From: Eubacteriales bacterium | GTDB lineage: Bacteria; Bacillota; Clostridia; Oscillospirales; CAG-272 | Direction: 5' to 3' | Assembly (NCBI GenBank): GCA_045660295.1 | Contig: JAZRDN010000043.1 | Location: 83,357 to 147,356 of the forward strand | Length of the DNA: 64,000 nt | Shown here: piece after piece, positions 35,386-46,318 of the stretch | Numbering within the stretch: position 1 is the first letter of the stretch | Layout: every line of letters begins with the position of its first letter | The notes under the pieces: generated by a model | Databases searched by the model: none | The model's input: only the letters and a program-made list of their open reading frames with translations | Told to the model about the DNA's origin: nothing | Program-made: the position numbers and the translations under genes

Positions 35386-38300
35386 TTGTATCTTAAATCA
35401 CTTGAACTTCAGGGCTTTAAATCTTTCCCCGACAAAACCAAGCTTAACTTTGAATCGGGTGCTACGGTTATAGTCGGTCCCAACGGAAGCGGAAAGTCGA
35501 ATATATCGGATGCCATGAGATGGGTTCTCGGTGAGCTTTCTTCAAAGAATATCCGCGGAAACAAAATGGAGGATATTATCTTCGGAGGCTCGGAGAGCCG
35601 TAAGCAAATGGGCTATGCCGAGGTCTCGGTGACTTTTGACAATCGCGACCCCGATTCGCGCCTTGATTGCGACTATGACGAGGTAACAGTAACACGCCGT
35701 TACTACCGTTCGGGAGATAGCGAATATTACATAAACCGCCAGGCAGTGCGTTTGCGCGATATTTACGAGCTGTTTATGAATACGGGTATCGGACGTGACG
35801 GATATTCTATCATCGGTCAGGGTAAGATAGCCGAGATAATCTCGCGCAAGAGCGATGAGAGAAGAAGTATTTTCGAGGACGCCTCGGGAATCGCTAAGTA
35901 CAGACATAAAAAGAACGATACCGAGCGTAAGCTGGCTGAGGTCGAGGATAATATGACCCGTATCAACGACGTCTTTATCGAGGTGTCGGCACAGGTCGCT
36001 CCCCTTGAAAAAGAGGCTGAAAAGGCGTCTCGCGCCATTGAGCTTCTTGAGACCAAGAAGCGCGTTGACGTTCAGCTTTGGCTTTTTGATACCGAAAAGC
36101 TTCGCGCCGAGATATCCGAGGTTGAGAAGCTCTATAACGAATCGGCGTTCACGCTTCAGACCATGAACGAGACTATCGAGTCTTACGAGACTCAGAACGA
36201 GAAGCTTTTTGAAAATTCACAGCGCGGTAAGTACGAGTCGGAAAGGCTTCTTACAGGTATTAACGAGCAGACTAAAATAAATCATAATCTCGACAGCGAG
36301 TATAGGGTGGCGGAAACCAATATCCTGCACACCACCGAAATGCTTTCGGGCGCAGGTGAGATAATAAAGTCTTACGAGCGTTCTATCGAGCGTGAGACTG
36401 CGGGCATCGCCGAAAGGCAGGCAAAAATAGCCGAGCTTGAAGCCAAGCTCGCACAGCAGAGAAAAGAGCAGGAGGAAGCGGGCGCAAAGCAGACCGAGCT
36501 TAAAAAGCAGGCTGATACCCTCGACCTTCAGATCGCCGAGGCTCTGGACGATATCAGAGCTCACGAAAAGGAAGCAACCGACATTAAGGTTCGTCTTTCG
36601 GTAATAGATACCGCAAGAGAGAACGACGACGGAAAGAATAGCTCTACACTTGAGGAAATTGAAAAATACGATAAGCTCTCCGCGGAGATAGGCGAAAAGA
36701 TAGCCAAGTCGGAAAAGACTGTGGCGGGCTACGACTCGTCTATCACCGAGACAAGCTCAGATATAAACGCTAAGACGGCAACGCTTGACGCCAAGTATGC
36801 CGAGCGCGATGATATCGAGGAGCGTTCGGGCGAGCTTAAGCTTAAGCGCGATGCCGCAAATCAGCGAATTGAGACCTTCCGCGCTATGGAAGAACAGTTC
36901 GAGGGCTATAGCAATAGCGTAAGATATGTGATGAAGGCTTACGCCGAGGGCAAGATCACCGATAAAAGCGGCAATCAGTGCGGTAAGATATACGGTCCGT
37001 TCTCCAAGGTCATAAACGTTGAGGATAAGTATATCACCGCCATAGAGACCGCCCTTGCGGCTAACCTTCAGCATATCGTTGTCGAGGATGAGGACACCGC
37101 AAAGAACGCAATGTTTGCGCTTAAACGCGCCGAAGCGGGACGGGCTACATTTTTCCCCGTTACGTCCATGCAGCCCCAGACGGTTACCTACGAGATGGAG
37201 GAATCCAGAAACTTTGACGGGTTTATCTCGTACGCCGACGAGCTTGTGGAGTGCGAGGATAAGTTCCTCAATATCGTTTCCTCGCTTCTTGGCAGAACCG
37301 TGGTCTTTGATAATATAGACAACGCCACTAAAATGGCTAAGTCGCTTAAATACAGAGTCAAGGCGGTCACGCTTGACGGACAGCAGATACAGGTGGGCGG
37401 TTCGTTCACGGGCGGTTCGGTAAAGAGCCGCGGCAGTATCCTTTCGCGTAGCGGCGAGATAAAGCGCCTTGAGGAGGAGCTTAATACCATCGAGAAAGAG
37501 ATGGCGGCTCTCTCGGCTAAGCTCGACGTTCTTGATAAGAGCATACAGGATATAGAGGACGAGAGAAGCTCGCTTGAGGATAAGCGTAGGATCCTTGAGG
37601 TCATGAGAAGCGGCGAGAATACTACTCTCGAACAGAATAAGGCAAAGCTCGAAGCCAATAAAAACCTTGCCGATAAGCTTCGTATGGACTACGGAAGCGT
37701 CGTCGAGCAGAGACGCAGATACGAGGAGGAGGCAGAGAGCCTTAACGCTAAGGCTCGCGAGCTTGAGCAGTCTATCGCCGAGATCACAGAATTCAGAGTT
37801 GCCAAGGACGTGGAGCGCGGAGAACTGCTTGAGGCGGCTGAAAAGCTTTCCGAGCGAATGACCGAGCTTTATATCAAGGTGAACGAGACCGAAAAGGATA
37901 TCGCCACCGAGCAGACCTTCCTCGGTTCGGGAAATGATAATATGGCTGAGCTTAACGCCAAGATAGCCGAGCAGACTCAGAAAATAGAGAACTATAAGCT
38001 CCAGATAGAGACGTTTGAAAACTCTCAGAAGGAAAACCGCGCGGCGCTTGAGCGCGGTGAGAAGCTGCTTGCCGAGCTTAACGCAAAACGCGCGCTTGTG
38101 GAGCAGGATACCTCTGAGTTTGACAGAAAGCTCAACGCCATGAGCAATAAGATCAGAGAAAAGCGCGACGAGCGTGAGCAGGTGTTCAGAGAACATACCA
38201 AAAACGAGAACAAACTCAATTCGCTTAAAAACGAGCAGGATAAGCTTGCCACCAGACTTTGGGACGATCACGAAATGACCAGAGCCGAGGCGGTGGCTCT

Positions 38301-39018
38301 CGGATATCCGCCTATTACACAGGTGACCAGAGCCGCTACTGCCGCAAAGCAGGTTGAGTGTAGAAACAAGCTCCGCGCCATAGGTAACGTTGACCTTGAT
38401 GCCGTGAATAAGTATAAGGAGATCAAGGAAAGATACGACTATATGTCCAATCAGATAAAGGATCTGACAGACTCCAAGACCGAGCTTTTGAAGATAATCT
38501 CGTCGCTTGAGACCGAGATGCGCGTTGCCTTTATGGAATCCTTCAATAAGATCAACGAGAATTTCGGAAAGACGTTTGCCGAGCTTTTCGGCGGCGGTAC
38601 GGCGCAGGTGGTCCTTACCGACCCCGACGACGTGCTTTCCAGCGGAATCGAGATAATCGCAAATCCTGCGGGTAAGAAGATAAAGAGCCTTGTACAGCTT
38701 TCGGGCGGTGAGCAGTCATTCGTGGCTATCGCGCTCCTGTTTGCTATTCTTCAGGCTAACCCGACTCCGTTCTGTATTTTCGACGAGATCGAGGCGGCGC
38801 TTGACGAGGTGAACGTGGCAAGATTCTCGGAATACGTGAAGCGTTATTCCAGAGGAACACAGTTCGTTATCATCACTCACAGACGAGGAACGATGGAAGC
38901 GGCGACACGCCTTTACGGCGTAACCATGCCCGAGCATGGAATTTCAAAGGTTCTGTCGCTTAACGTTGACGACATAGCAAAGAAGAAGGGAGAAGAATGG
39001 GATGGCATTTTTGGATAA
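35386..39018 (+). CDS. smc: chromosome segregation protein SMC
   Basis: Walker A GPNGSGKSN, long coiled coils with a hinge, signature QLSGGEQSF, Walker B FCIFDEIEAALD. TTG start after AAAGGAGG. Confidence 0.97.
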   Translation: MYLKSLELQGFKSFPDKTKLNFESGATVIVGPNGSGKSNISDAMRWVLGELSSKNIRGNKMEDIIFGGSESRKQMGYAEVSVTFDNRDPDSRLDCDYDEVTVTRRYYRSGDSEYYINRQAVRLRDIYELFMNTGIGRDGYSIIGQGKIAEIISRKSDERRSIFEDASGIAKYRHKKNDTERKLAEVEDNMTRINDVFIEVSAQVAPLEKEAEKASRAIELLETKKRVDVQLWLFDTEKLRAEISEVEKLYNESAFTLQTMNETIESYETQNEKLFENSQRGKYESERLLTGINEQTKINHNLDSEYRVAETNILHTTEMLSGAGEIIKSYERSIERETAGIAERQAKIAELEAKLAQQRKEQEEAGAKQTELKKQADTLDLQIAEALDDIRAHEKEATDIKVRLSVIDTARENDDGKNSSTLEEIEKYDKLSAEIGEKIAKSEKTVAGYDSSITETSSDINAKTATLDAKYAERDDIEERSGELKLKRDAANQRIETFRAMEEQFEGYSNSVRYVMKAYAEGKITDKSGNQCGKIYGPFSKVINVEDKYITAIETALAANLQHIVVEDEDTAKNAMFALKRAEAGRATFFPVTSMQPQTVTYEMEESRNFDGFISYADELVECEDKFLNIVSSLLGRTVVFDNIDNATKMAKSLKYRVKAVTLDGQQIQVGGSFTGGSVKSRGSILSRSGEIKRLEEELNTIEKEMAALSAKLDVLDKSIQDIEDERSSLEDKRRILEVMRSGENTTLEQNKAKLEANKNLADKLRMDYGSVVEQRRRYEEEAESLNAKARELEQSIAEITEFRVAKDVERGELLEAAEKLSERMTELYIKVNETEKDIATEQTFLGSGNDNMAELNAKIAEQTQKIENYKLQIETFENSQKENRAALERGEKLLAELNAKRALVEQDTSEFDRKLNAMSNKIREKRDEREQVFREHTKNENKLNSLKNEQDKLATRLWDDHEMTRAEAVALGYPPITQVTRAATAAKQVECRNKLRAIGNVDLDAVNKYKEIKERYDYMSNQIKDLTDSKTELLKIISSLETEMRVAFMESFNKINENFGKTFAELFGGGTAQVVLTDPDDVLSSGIEIIANPAGKKIKSLVQLSGGEQSFVAIALLFAILQANPTPFCIFDEIEAALDEVNVARFSEYVKRYSRGTQFVIITHRRGTMEAATRLYGVTMPEHGISKVLSLNVDDIAKKKGEEWDGIFG

Positions 39019-39907
39019 GCTGAAAAACGGCTTGCTTAAAACAAAAAACGCTATCTTCGGTCAGGTCGATAATATACTCAAAGCCTTTGTAAAGGTAGAT
39101 GAGGATATGCTCGACGAGCTTGAGGAGCTGCTTATTACCGCCGACGTGGGCGTAGGCGCTACGGAGGAGATAATCGAGGATCTTCGTGAGCGTATAAAGG
39201 ACGGAAGACTTAAGGAAAAAGAGGACGTGGTTACCGCTCTCAAGGAGATACTCGGCGGCATGATAGGCGAGGGAAAGCCCCTCGTGCTTGAAACAAAGCC
39301 CTCGGTAATACTCGTTATCGGCGTAAACGGAGCGGGTAAAACCACTTCGATAGGAAAGATTACCAATATTCTCAAATCGCAGGGCAAAAAGGTCGTGGTA
39401 GCGGCGGCGGATACCTTCCGCGCGGCGGCAATAGACCAGCTTGCCGTGTGGTGTGAGCGTTCGGGCGTTGAGCTTGTAAAGCAGAGCGAGGGCAGTGACC
39501 CCGCGGCGGTTGTGTTTGACGCGGCGAACTATGCTAAAAATAAAGGCGCGGACGTCCTTGTGGTGGATACCGCGGGCAGACTCCATAATAAGAAAAATCT
39601 TATGAACGAGCTTGAAAAGATAAACCGCGTTATCGACCGTGAGCTTCCCGGCGCAAGCCGTGAAAATTTGCTTGTGCTTGATGCCACCACCGGTCAGAAC
39701 GCCATACTTCAGGCTAAGGAATTCAAAAACGCCGCTGAGATCACAGGACTTGTGCTTAATAAGCTGGACGGCACCGCAAAGGGCGGTATAGTGATCTCTA
39801 TCAAGCGCGAGCTTGATATTCCCGTTAAGTTTATCGGCGTTGGCGAGAAGATAGATGATATGAAGGAATTTGACTGTAACGAATTTGTTACCGCGCTTTT
39901 TGAGTAA
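39002..39907 (+). CDS. ftsY: signal recognition particle receptor FtsY
   Basis: [10 protein letters not shown] and DTAGR motifs. 17-nt overlap with the smc 3' end. Confidence 0.96.
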   Translation: MAFLDKLKNGLLKTKNAIFGQVDNILKAFVKVDEDMLDELEELLITADVGVGATEEIIEDLRERIKDGRLKEKEDVVTALKEILGGMIGEGKPLVLETKPSVILVIGVNGAGKTTSIGKITNILKSQGKKVVVAAADTFRAAAIDQLAVWCERSGVELVKQSEGSDPAAVVFDAANYAKNKGADVLVVDTAGRLHNKKNLMNELEKINRVIDRELPGASRENLLVLDATTGQNAILQAKEFKNAAEITGLVLNKLDGTAKGGIVISIKRELDIPVKFIGVGEKIDDMKEFDCNEFVTALFE

Positions 39908-39910
39908 GTT

Positions 39911-40504
39911 ATGGAAATAGTAATAGCATCAAGAAACAAGCATAAAATATCCGAGCTGGAGGCTCTGCTTGCCAAGTATATCGACGGCGTAAAGCTGTTG
40001 TCACTTGACGACGTAGGCTTTTATGGGGATATTGAGGAGGACGGAAACAGCTTTCTCGAAAATGCCCTCATCAAGGCAAGAGCCGCGGCAAAATCGGGCA
40101 AAATAAGTGTTGGCGATGACTCGGGTCTCTGCGTGAACGCCCTTGACGGCGCTCCGGGAATATTCTCGGCGAGATACGCTGGAGATCACGGCAACGACGA
40201 CGCTAACAACGCAAAGCTGCTTTCCGAGCTTGCGGATAAGGAAGATAAAAGCGCCGCTTTCGTTTGTACGATAGCCTGTGTTCTTCCCGACGGCAGAGAG
40301 TTCTCGGTTGATGGAAGAGCAGAAGGCGTGATAATAGAAAAGGCAAGCGGAAAGGGTGGATTTGGTTATGACCCTATCTTCTACTATCCGCCGCTTAAAA
40401 AGACCTTTGCCGACCTCACGGCAGAAGAAAAAAACTCTATAAGCCATCGCGGACGCGCGGTAGAGGCGTTTGCGAAAAAGCTTTGTGAGATAATTAAGGA
40501 TTAA
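39911..40504 (+). CDS. rdgB: XTP/dITP diphosphatase (RdgB/HAM1 family)
   Basis: IVIASRNKHKISE, DDSGL and GFGYDPIF motifs. Confidence 0.92.
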   Translation: MEIVIASRNKHKISELEALLAKYIDGVKLLSLDDVGFYGDIEEDGNSFLENALIKARAAAKSGKISVGDDSGLCVNALDGAPGIFSARYAGDHGNDDANNAKLLSELADKEDKSAAFVCTIACVLPDGREFSVDGRAEGVIIEKASGKGGFGYDPIFYYPPLKKTFADLTAEEKNSISHRGRAVEAFAKKLCEIIKD

Positions 40505-40515
40505 GGATAAAAATT

Positions 40516-40803
40516 ATGATAACATCAAAACAGCGAGCTTATCTCCGCTCGCTTTCGGTTGACCTGCAGACCATTACGCAGATCGGCAAGGGCGGAATAA
40601 GCGAAAATCTTATAAAAACAGTAGACGACGCGCTCGAAGCAAGGGAGCTTATAAAGCTTTCGGTTCTTGAAAATTCTGAGGAGACGGCGAGAAGCGCGGC
40701 AGATTCAATAGCCGAAGCAACAGGTGCCGATGTGGTTGCTGTGCTCGGACGAAAGATAGTGCTTTACAGAGAATCCAAAAAGCATAAAAAGATAGAGCTT
40801 TAA
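40516..40803 (+). CDS. yhbY: ribosome assembly RNA-binding protein YhbY (CRM domain)
   Basis: SKQRAYLRSLS...IGKGGIS motif. 95 aa. Precedes nadD as yqeI does in Bacillus. Confidence 0.9.
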   Translation: MITSKQRAYLRSLSVDLQTITQIGKGGISENLIKTVDDALEARELIKLSVLENSEETARSAADSIAEATGADVVAVLGRKIVLYRESKKHKKIEL

Positions 40804-40804
40804 T

Positions 40805-41425
40805 ATGGCAGAACAATTTCCCGATACAAGAGTTGGCATATACGGCGGTACATTCGCCCCCGTGCACAACGCCCATGTGGTTACGGCAAAGCTCTTTATG
40901 GAGCAGATGCGCCTTGACTACCTGTTTGTAATACCCTCCGCAATCCCTCCCCATAAGGAGATAGACCCGCTTGACGACCCTAAGCACCGACTTGAGATGT
41001 GCCGTCTCGCCTTTGAGGGTATTGATGGCGTTATAGTCTCTGATATGGAAATAGAGCGTGGCGGAAAAAGTTATACCATAGATACAGTAAGAGAGCTCAG
41101 CGCTCCCGGCAGAAGATTGCTTTTGCTGTGCGGTACCGACATGGTGCTGTCCTTTGATAGCTGGTATAAATACCTCGAGATATTGGAGCTTTGCTATCCC
41201 GTCTATATGAGGCGTGAGAAAGACGCAATGCTTGACGGTATGATAGTAAATAAGCTGAGCAAATATTATAACGAGAGCGGAAAAATGTTCAGAAAGCTTA
41301 TCGGTGAGCCGATAGAGCTGAATTCCACCGAGATACGCGAGGCGGTCAGAAAAGGGCAGAGCATAGGCAATATGGTGCCCCCCAAGGTGGAACGCTATAT
41401 TCGCGAAAACGCTCTTTATAGGTGA
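40805..41425 (+). CDS. nadD: nicotinate-nucleotide adenylyltransferase
   Basis: GGTFAPVHNAH (GxFxPxHxxH) motif. Confidence 0.93.
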   Translation: MAEQFPDTRVGIYGGTFAPVHNAHVVTAKLFMEQMRLDYLFVIPSAIPPHKEIDPLDDPKHRLEMCRLAFEGIDGVIVSDMEIERGGKSYTIDTVRELSAPGRRLLLLCGTDMVLSFDSWYKYLEILELCYPVYMRREKDAMLDGMIVNKLSKYYNESGKMFRKLIGEPIELNSTEIREAVRKGQSIGNMVPPKVERYIRENALYR

Positions 41426-41429
41426 TAAG

Positions 41430-42068
41430 ATGAAATTTACCGAAGAACAGCTTGCCTCTCTGCGTGAAAAAATCTCGTCGCTTATGTCGGCGAAAAGATT
41501 TTTCCATACCGCAGAGGTGGAAAAAATGGCAGCGAGAATTGCCAAAATATACGCTCCCGAAAAAATCGATGTGTTGCGCGCGGCGGCTCTTTTACATGAT
41601 ATAACTAAAGAATATTCCACAGAAAAGCAGTTACAAATTTGTCGCGAGTTTGGTATAATAACCTCAAAGCAAGACATTCTAACACCAAAGACCTTTCACG
41701 CAAAGACAGCGGCGGTGTTAATACCCGCCCTGTATCCCGAATTTGCCGATAGCGAGGTTGTCTCGGCTGTCAGATGGCATACCACGGGGCGCGAGGATAT
41801 GACCTTGCTTGAAAAGATAGTTTATCTTGCCGATTATATTGACGAGTCGCGTAAATTTGATGATTGCGTAAAGCTGCGTAATATATTCTGGGATGCTTGT
41901 CCCGAAAATATGAGCGCCGAGGAACGTGACAGACATCTTACAAAAACGCTTCTGGTATCATTTGATATGACGCTTGCGGGGCTTATCTCCGAGAACGCTC
42001 CCATAAGCAACGATACGTTTAAAGCAAGAAACTCGCTTATTCTTTCGCTTTGCGGGGAGGTCAACTAA
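41430..42068 (+). CDS. yqeK: HD-domain bis(5'-nucleosyl)-tetraphosphatase YqeK
   Basis: HD motif LLHDITKE. Conserved position after nadD. Confidence 0.88.
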   Translation: MKFTEEQLASLREKISSLMSAKRFFHTAEVEKMAARIAKIYAPEKIDVLRAAALLHDITKEYSTEKQLQICREFGIITSKQDILTPKTFHAKTAAVLIPALYPEFADSEVVSAVRWHTTGREDMTLLEKIVYLADYIDESRKFDDCVKLRNIFWDACPENMSAEERDRHLTKTLLVSFDMTLAGLISENAPISNDTFKARNSLILSLCGEVN

Positions 42069-42083
42069 ACACGGAGGTGTTTT

Positions 42084-43082
42084 ATGTTGAAAGCCGCGTT
42101 GCGGAGTGCCTTCTTGCTTGCGTTGTGCCTGCTTGTTACCACGCTTGCCGTGTCAAGCGTTACTCGAAGTGATGAACACGGCGAGGCTGTGTTTACCGAG
42201 ATAAACGGCGTAAAAAATATATTGTTTCTGGGTAGAGACGATTCGTCGGGGCTTGCCGATTCGGTCATACTTGCTTCTGTTGATACCGAACAGACCGAGC
42301 TGACCCTTGTGCAGATACCGCGTGATACCTATATAGCGCTTGGCGAGGATAGTTATAAAAAAATCAACGGCGCGTCGGGGGTCCTCGGCGGAGACGCTAA
42401 GCTTTGTGATAAGCTGTCACAAGCCTTCGGACTTCGCGTGGACGGATATATTTCCTTTGACACGCGAATTATCAAAGATTTGGTCGATACCTTTGGCGGC
42501 GTTGAGGTCAACGTCCCTATGGATATGGATTACGACGATCCCTATCAGAACTTGTCTATCCACTTGCAAAAGGGTAAGCAAAGGCTGACGGGAAGGGAAG
42601 CGGTTGGATTTGTCAGATACCGTGCGGGATATCTCCGCGCTGACCTTGGCAGAATAGACGCGCAGAAAATATTTCTATCGGCTTTTGCCAAAAGCACTCT
42701 TGAAAAGCTTGGCTCGGACGATATTTTGCCGCTGGCGAGGCTTACGTTGCGCTATATAAAGACCGATTTGCCTGTGACCGCGCTTGCTTCGTTGGCTAAA
42801 GCGATGTTTGATATCACCCCCGAGAAAATAAATTTCGTTACGCTCCCCGGTGAGGAGGTTCAGTCCTCAAAAAGCGGCGCGTGGTTTTATATACTTTCTC
42901 AAAGCGGTAGCGAGCAGCTGCTGGCTACGCTTGGATGTGACGGCGGCTTTGACGGCGACCACATTTTTTCTGATGAAAGGCGAGCCGAGTTTGAGGAGAT
43001 CTACGACAGAGCCATTGAGGCTAAGATATATAACGCCGCCCAGATAGACGGCGAGGGCATAGAAATTGCCCATGGAAATTGA
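42084..43082 (+). CDS. LytR-CpsA-Psr (LCP) family cell-envelope polymer transferase
   Basis: N-terminal TM anchor, LGRDDSSGLADS, IPRDTY and FVRYR...D..R motifs. Confidence 0.85.
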   Translation: MLKAALRSAFLLALCLLVTTLAVSSVTRSDEHGEAVFTEINGVKNILFLGRDDSSGLADSVILASVDTEQTELTLVQIPRDTYIALGEDSYKKINGASGVLGGDAKLCDKLSQAFGLRVDGYISFDTRIIKDLVDTFGGVEVNVPMDMDYDDPYQNLSIHLQKGKQRLTGREAVGFVRYRAGYLRADLGRIDAQKIFLSAFAKSTLEKLGSDDILPLARLTLRYIKTDLPVTALASLAKAMFDITPEKINFVTLPGEEVQSSKSGAWFYILSQSGSEQLLATLGCDGGFDGDHIFSDERRAEFEEIYDRAIEAKIYNAAQIDGEGIEIAHGN

Positions 43083-43109
43083 AATCAACAATATCAATAA
43101 ATAAAAGGA

Positions 43110-43523
43110 ATGGACAGAAAAATGGAAGAAATGAATGTTGAAACGATGGAGAAAAAGCTTCCCTCGCTCCAAAACGCTACTCCCAAGGAGTTGGCGTATG
43201 CCATAGCAGAGGTGCTCGACTCCAAAAAAGGTCACAATATAAAGGTTATCTACGTTGAGGATAAGACCTCTATCGCGGATTATTTTGTGCTATGTACGGG
43301 TAACTCCAGTACGCAGGTAAAGGCGCTTGCTGGTGAGGTTGAATATAAAATAGAAGAAAGAGGCGTTAAGCCTTATAACGTAGAGGGCAGAGGAAACGAC
43401 ACGTGGGGCGTTGTGGATTACAGTAGCGTTGTCGTTCATATATTCAGCCGCGAGGCAAGAGACTTCTACAATCTTGACAAGCTTTACGGAGACAATCCCC
43501 CCGAGCTTGTGTTTGACAACTGA
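43110..43523 (+). CDS. rsfS: ribosome silencing factor RsfS
   Basis: DYFVLCTGNSSTQVKA and VVHIF motifs. The start is uncertain (ATG at 43110, 43122 or 43131). Confidence 0.9.
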   Translation: MDRKMEEMNVETMEKKLPSLQNATPKELAYAIAEVLDSKKGHNIKVIYVEDKTSIADYFVLCTGNSSTQVKALAGEVEYKIEERGVKPYNVEGRGNDTWGVVDYSSVVVHIFSREARDFYNLDKLYGDNPPELVFDN

Positions 43524-43565
43524 TTTTGTTTAAAATATCCGACATCAGGAAAGGAATTTTTATAT

Positions 43566-45965
43566 ATGAAATACGATTTTTTATCTGTCGAGAAGAAATG
43601 GCAGGACAAATGGGAGGCAGAGCATGTTTTTGAGGCTCAGGACTGCTCCGATAAGCCCAAGTTTTTCGGCCTTGTTGAGTTTCCTTATCCCAGCGGCGCG
43701 GGAATGCACGTTGGACACATAAAGGCATATTCGGGACTTGAGGTGGTAAGCCGTAAAAAGAGAATGCAGGGCTACAACGTCCTTTTCCCCATCGGCTTTG
43801 ACGCCTTCGGACTTCCCACAGAGAACTCCGCGATAAAGTTCAATACCCACCCCAGAATACTTACAGACGCCAATATCGAAAAGTTCACCAATCAGCTTAA
43901 GCGCGTAGGCTTCTCCTTTGACTGGACGAGAACTATCGATACCACCGACGAAAAATATTACAGATGGACACAGCACATATTCCTTGAGCTTTTCAAGCAG
44001 GGTCTGGCGTACCGTGATACCGCGCTTGTAAACTACTGCCCTCACTGTAAGGTAGTTCTTTCAAACGAGGACTCGCAGGGCGGTAAGTGCGATATCTGTC
44101 ATAGTGATATAGTACAGAAGTCCAAGGACGTTTGGTACTTAAGAATAACCAAGTACGCCGACAGACTTCTTGAGGGACTTGAAAGTGTTGACTATCTGCC
44201 ACAGGTAAAGCAGCAGCAGGTCAACTGGATAGGTAAATCCACAGGTGGCTTCGTAAACTTCAAGGTTGGCGGCACAGACGAGGCGCTTCGTATATACACT
44301 CCCCGTCCCGATACACTTTTCGGAGTTACCTTTATGGTAATCGCTCCCGAGCACCCTATGCCCGCAAGATGCCGCGATAAGATAACCAACTACGCCGAGC
44401 TTGAGGCATACCGCGAGGAATGCGCTAAGAAGACCGAGTTCCAGCGTACACAGCTCAATAAGGGCAAGACAGGCGTTAAGATAGAGGGAATCTGCGGAAT
44501 CAATCCTCTTAACGGCAAAGAAATACCGATATACGTTGCCGATTACGTTATGATGGGCTACGGTACAGGCGCTATTATGGCAGTGCCCGCCCACGACGAG
44601 CGTGACTTTGAGTTCGCGAAGAAATTCGGCATTGACATAATAGAGGTTATCAAGGGCGGAGATATAGCGGTCGAAGCATACACGGGCGACGGCGAAATGG
44701 TCAACTCCGACTTCCTTAACGGCTACACAAACAAGAAGGATTCTATCAAGAGAATGATAGAGTATCTTGAGGAAAAGGGAATAGGCGAAGAAGGCGTTCA
44801 GTATAAGATGAAGGACTGGGCGTTCAACCGTCAGAGATATTGGGGCGAGCCTATCCCGATCGTTCACTGTGAATATTGCGGAATGGTTCCCGTACCCGAA
44901 GAAGAGCTTCCGCTCCGTCTTCCCGACGTTAAGAACTTTGAACCCGGTGAGGGCGGCGAGTCTCCCCTTGCCAAGATTCCCGAATTCGTAAACTGCAAGT
45001 GTCCCGTCTGCGGAAAGGACGCAAAGCGCGAGACCGATACCATGCCTCAGTGGGCAGGTTCATCCTGGTACTTCCTGCGCTATGTTGACCCCAATAACGA
45101 TAAGTGCCTTGCGGATCCCGAAAAGCTTAAGTATTGGATGCCTGTTGACTGGTACAACGGCGGTATGGAGCACGTTACCCGTCATATGATCTATTCGCGC
45201 TTCTGGCACAAGTTCCTTTACGATATGGGTGAGGTTAACACAGAGGAGCCCTACGCAAAGAGAACGGCACAGGGTCTGATTCTCGGTCCTGACGGAGAAA
45301 AGATGTCCAAATCCCGCGGAAACGTTATCGACCCCAACGAGGTGGTTGATCAGTACGGCGCGGACGTTCTTCGCACTTACATTCTCTTTATGGGCGATTA
45401 CGGCGCGGCTGCTCCTTGGTCCGAGAACAGCATAAAGGGCTGCAAGAGATTCCTTGACAGAGTTATGGATCTTGTTGATATCGCAAAGGGCAACGGCGTG
45501 ACCGCAGCTCTTGAAACAAAGACCCATAAGCTTATAAAGAAGGTCACATTTGACATCGACGACATGAAGTTCAATACCGCTATAGCGGCAATGATGGGCT
45601 ATATTAACGACGTGTACGAGGTTGGAGCAATTACCAAGGATGAGCTTGCGACACTCGTAAGACTTCTTTGCCCCTTCGCTCCTCATATTTCCGAGGAGAT
45701 TTGGGAGATACTCGGCGGCGAGGGACTTTGCTCGCTGGCGGCATGGCCCGAATACGACGAGGCTAAGACAGTTGACAACACCGTCGAGGTGGCTGTACAG
45801 GTCAACGGCAAGGTGAGAGGACGCGTAATGCTTCCCGTAAACTGCCCCAAGGAAGACGCAATTGCCGAGGCTAAGAAGGCTCTTGGCGAGGCTATCGAGG
45901 GCAAGACTATCATTAAGGAAATTGCCGTTCCCAACAAGATAGTAAATATCGTAATTAAGCCCTAA
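43566..45965 (+). CDS. leuS: leucine--tRNA ligase
   Basis: HIGH-type motif (MHVGH), KMSKS present, CP1 editing domain length. Only 42 nt of upstream spacer. Confidence 0.97.
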   Translation: MKYDFLSVEKKWQDKWEAEHVFEAQDCSDKPKFFGLVEFPYPSGAGMHVGHIKAYSGLEVVSRKKRMQGYNVLFPIGFDAFGLPTENSAIKFNTHPRILTDANIEKFTNQLKRVGFSFDWTRTIDTTDEKYYRWTQHIFLELFKQGLAYRDTALVNYCPHCKVVLSNEDSQGGKCDICHSDIVQKSKDVWYLRITKYADRLLEGLESVDYLPQVKQQQVNWIGKSTGGFVNFKVGGTDEALRIYTPRPDTLFGVTFMVIAPEHPMPARCRDKITNYAELEAYREECAKKTEFQRTQLNKGKTGVKIEGICGINPLNGKEIPIYVADYVMMGYGTGAIMAVPAHDERDFEFAKKFGIDIIEVIKGGDIAVEAYTGDGEMVNSDFLNGYTNKKDSIKRMIEYLEEKGIGEEGVQYKMKDWAFNRQRYWGEPIPIVHCEYCGMVPVPEEELPLRLPDVKNFEPGEGGESPLAKIPEFVNCKCPVCGKDAKRETDTMPQWAGSSWYFLRYVDPNNDKCLADPEKLKYWMPVDWYNGGMEHVTRHMIYSRFWHKFLYDMGEVNTEEPYAKRTAQGLILGPDGEKMSKSRGNVIDPNEVVDQYGADVLRTYILFMGDYGAAAPWSENSIKGCKRFLDRVMDLVDIAKGNGVTAALETKTHKLIKKVTFDIDDMKFNTAIAAMMGYINDVYEVGAITKDELATLVRLLCPFAPHISEEIWEILGGEGLCSLAAWPEYDEAKTVDNTVEVAVQVNGKVRGRVMLPVNCPKEDAIAEAKKALGEAIEGKTIIKEIAVPNKIVNIVIKP

Positions 45966-46010
45966 AATATAAAGGACTTAAAAAATACTGCAAAAAATTT
46001 CAAAATTGTA

Positions 46011-46039
46011 TTGACAATTCGAATAAGGTGTAGTATAAT
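46011..46039 (+). promoter_or_regulatory. consensus sigma-A promoter of rpsU
   Basis: TTGACA (46011-46016), 17 nt, TATAAT (46034-46039). Confidence 0.7.
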
Positions 46040-46095
46040 ATTAAAAGAGTATTGTTGCGAGTTGTTCGCAGCATGCGGAGGGAGGGAATAAGTAA

Positions 46096-46272
46096 ATGGC
46101 AGAAGTTAGAGTAAAAGAAGGCGAGTCCTTAGACAGTGCCCTTCGTCGCTTTAAGCGTCAGTGCGCTCGTTCCGGCGTCCTCACCGAACTTCGCAAGAGA
46201 GAACACTACGAAAAGCCTAGTGTTAAGCGTAAGAAGAAGTCTGAAGCCGCAAGAAAGCGCAAGTACAAGTAA
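46096..46272 (+). CDS. rpsU: 30S ribosomal protein S21 (absent from the ORF track, 58 aa)
   Basis: My translation: [68 protein letters not shown] upstream. Confidence 0.95.
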   Translation: MAEVRVKEGESLDSALRRFKRQCARSGVLTELRKREHYEKPSVKRKKKSEAARKRKYK

Positions 46273-46286
46273 TAATTATTTGTCTC

Positions 46287-46318
46287 AAAAACGCAGACCG
46301 CAAGGTCTGCGTTTTTTG
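46287..46318 (+). terminator. rho-independent terminator after rpsU
   Basis: ACGCAGACC-GCAA-GGTCTGCGT followed by TTTTTT. Confidence 0.88.

Noticed and set aside
43524-43565. A possible T-box leader upstream of leuS.
   Set aside because: Only 42 nt separate rsfS from leuS, which is far too short for a T-box. leuS is evidently co-transcribed with the upstream genes.
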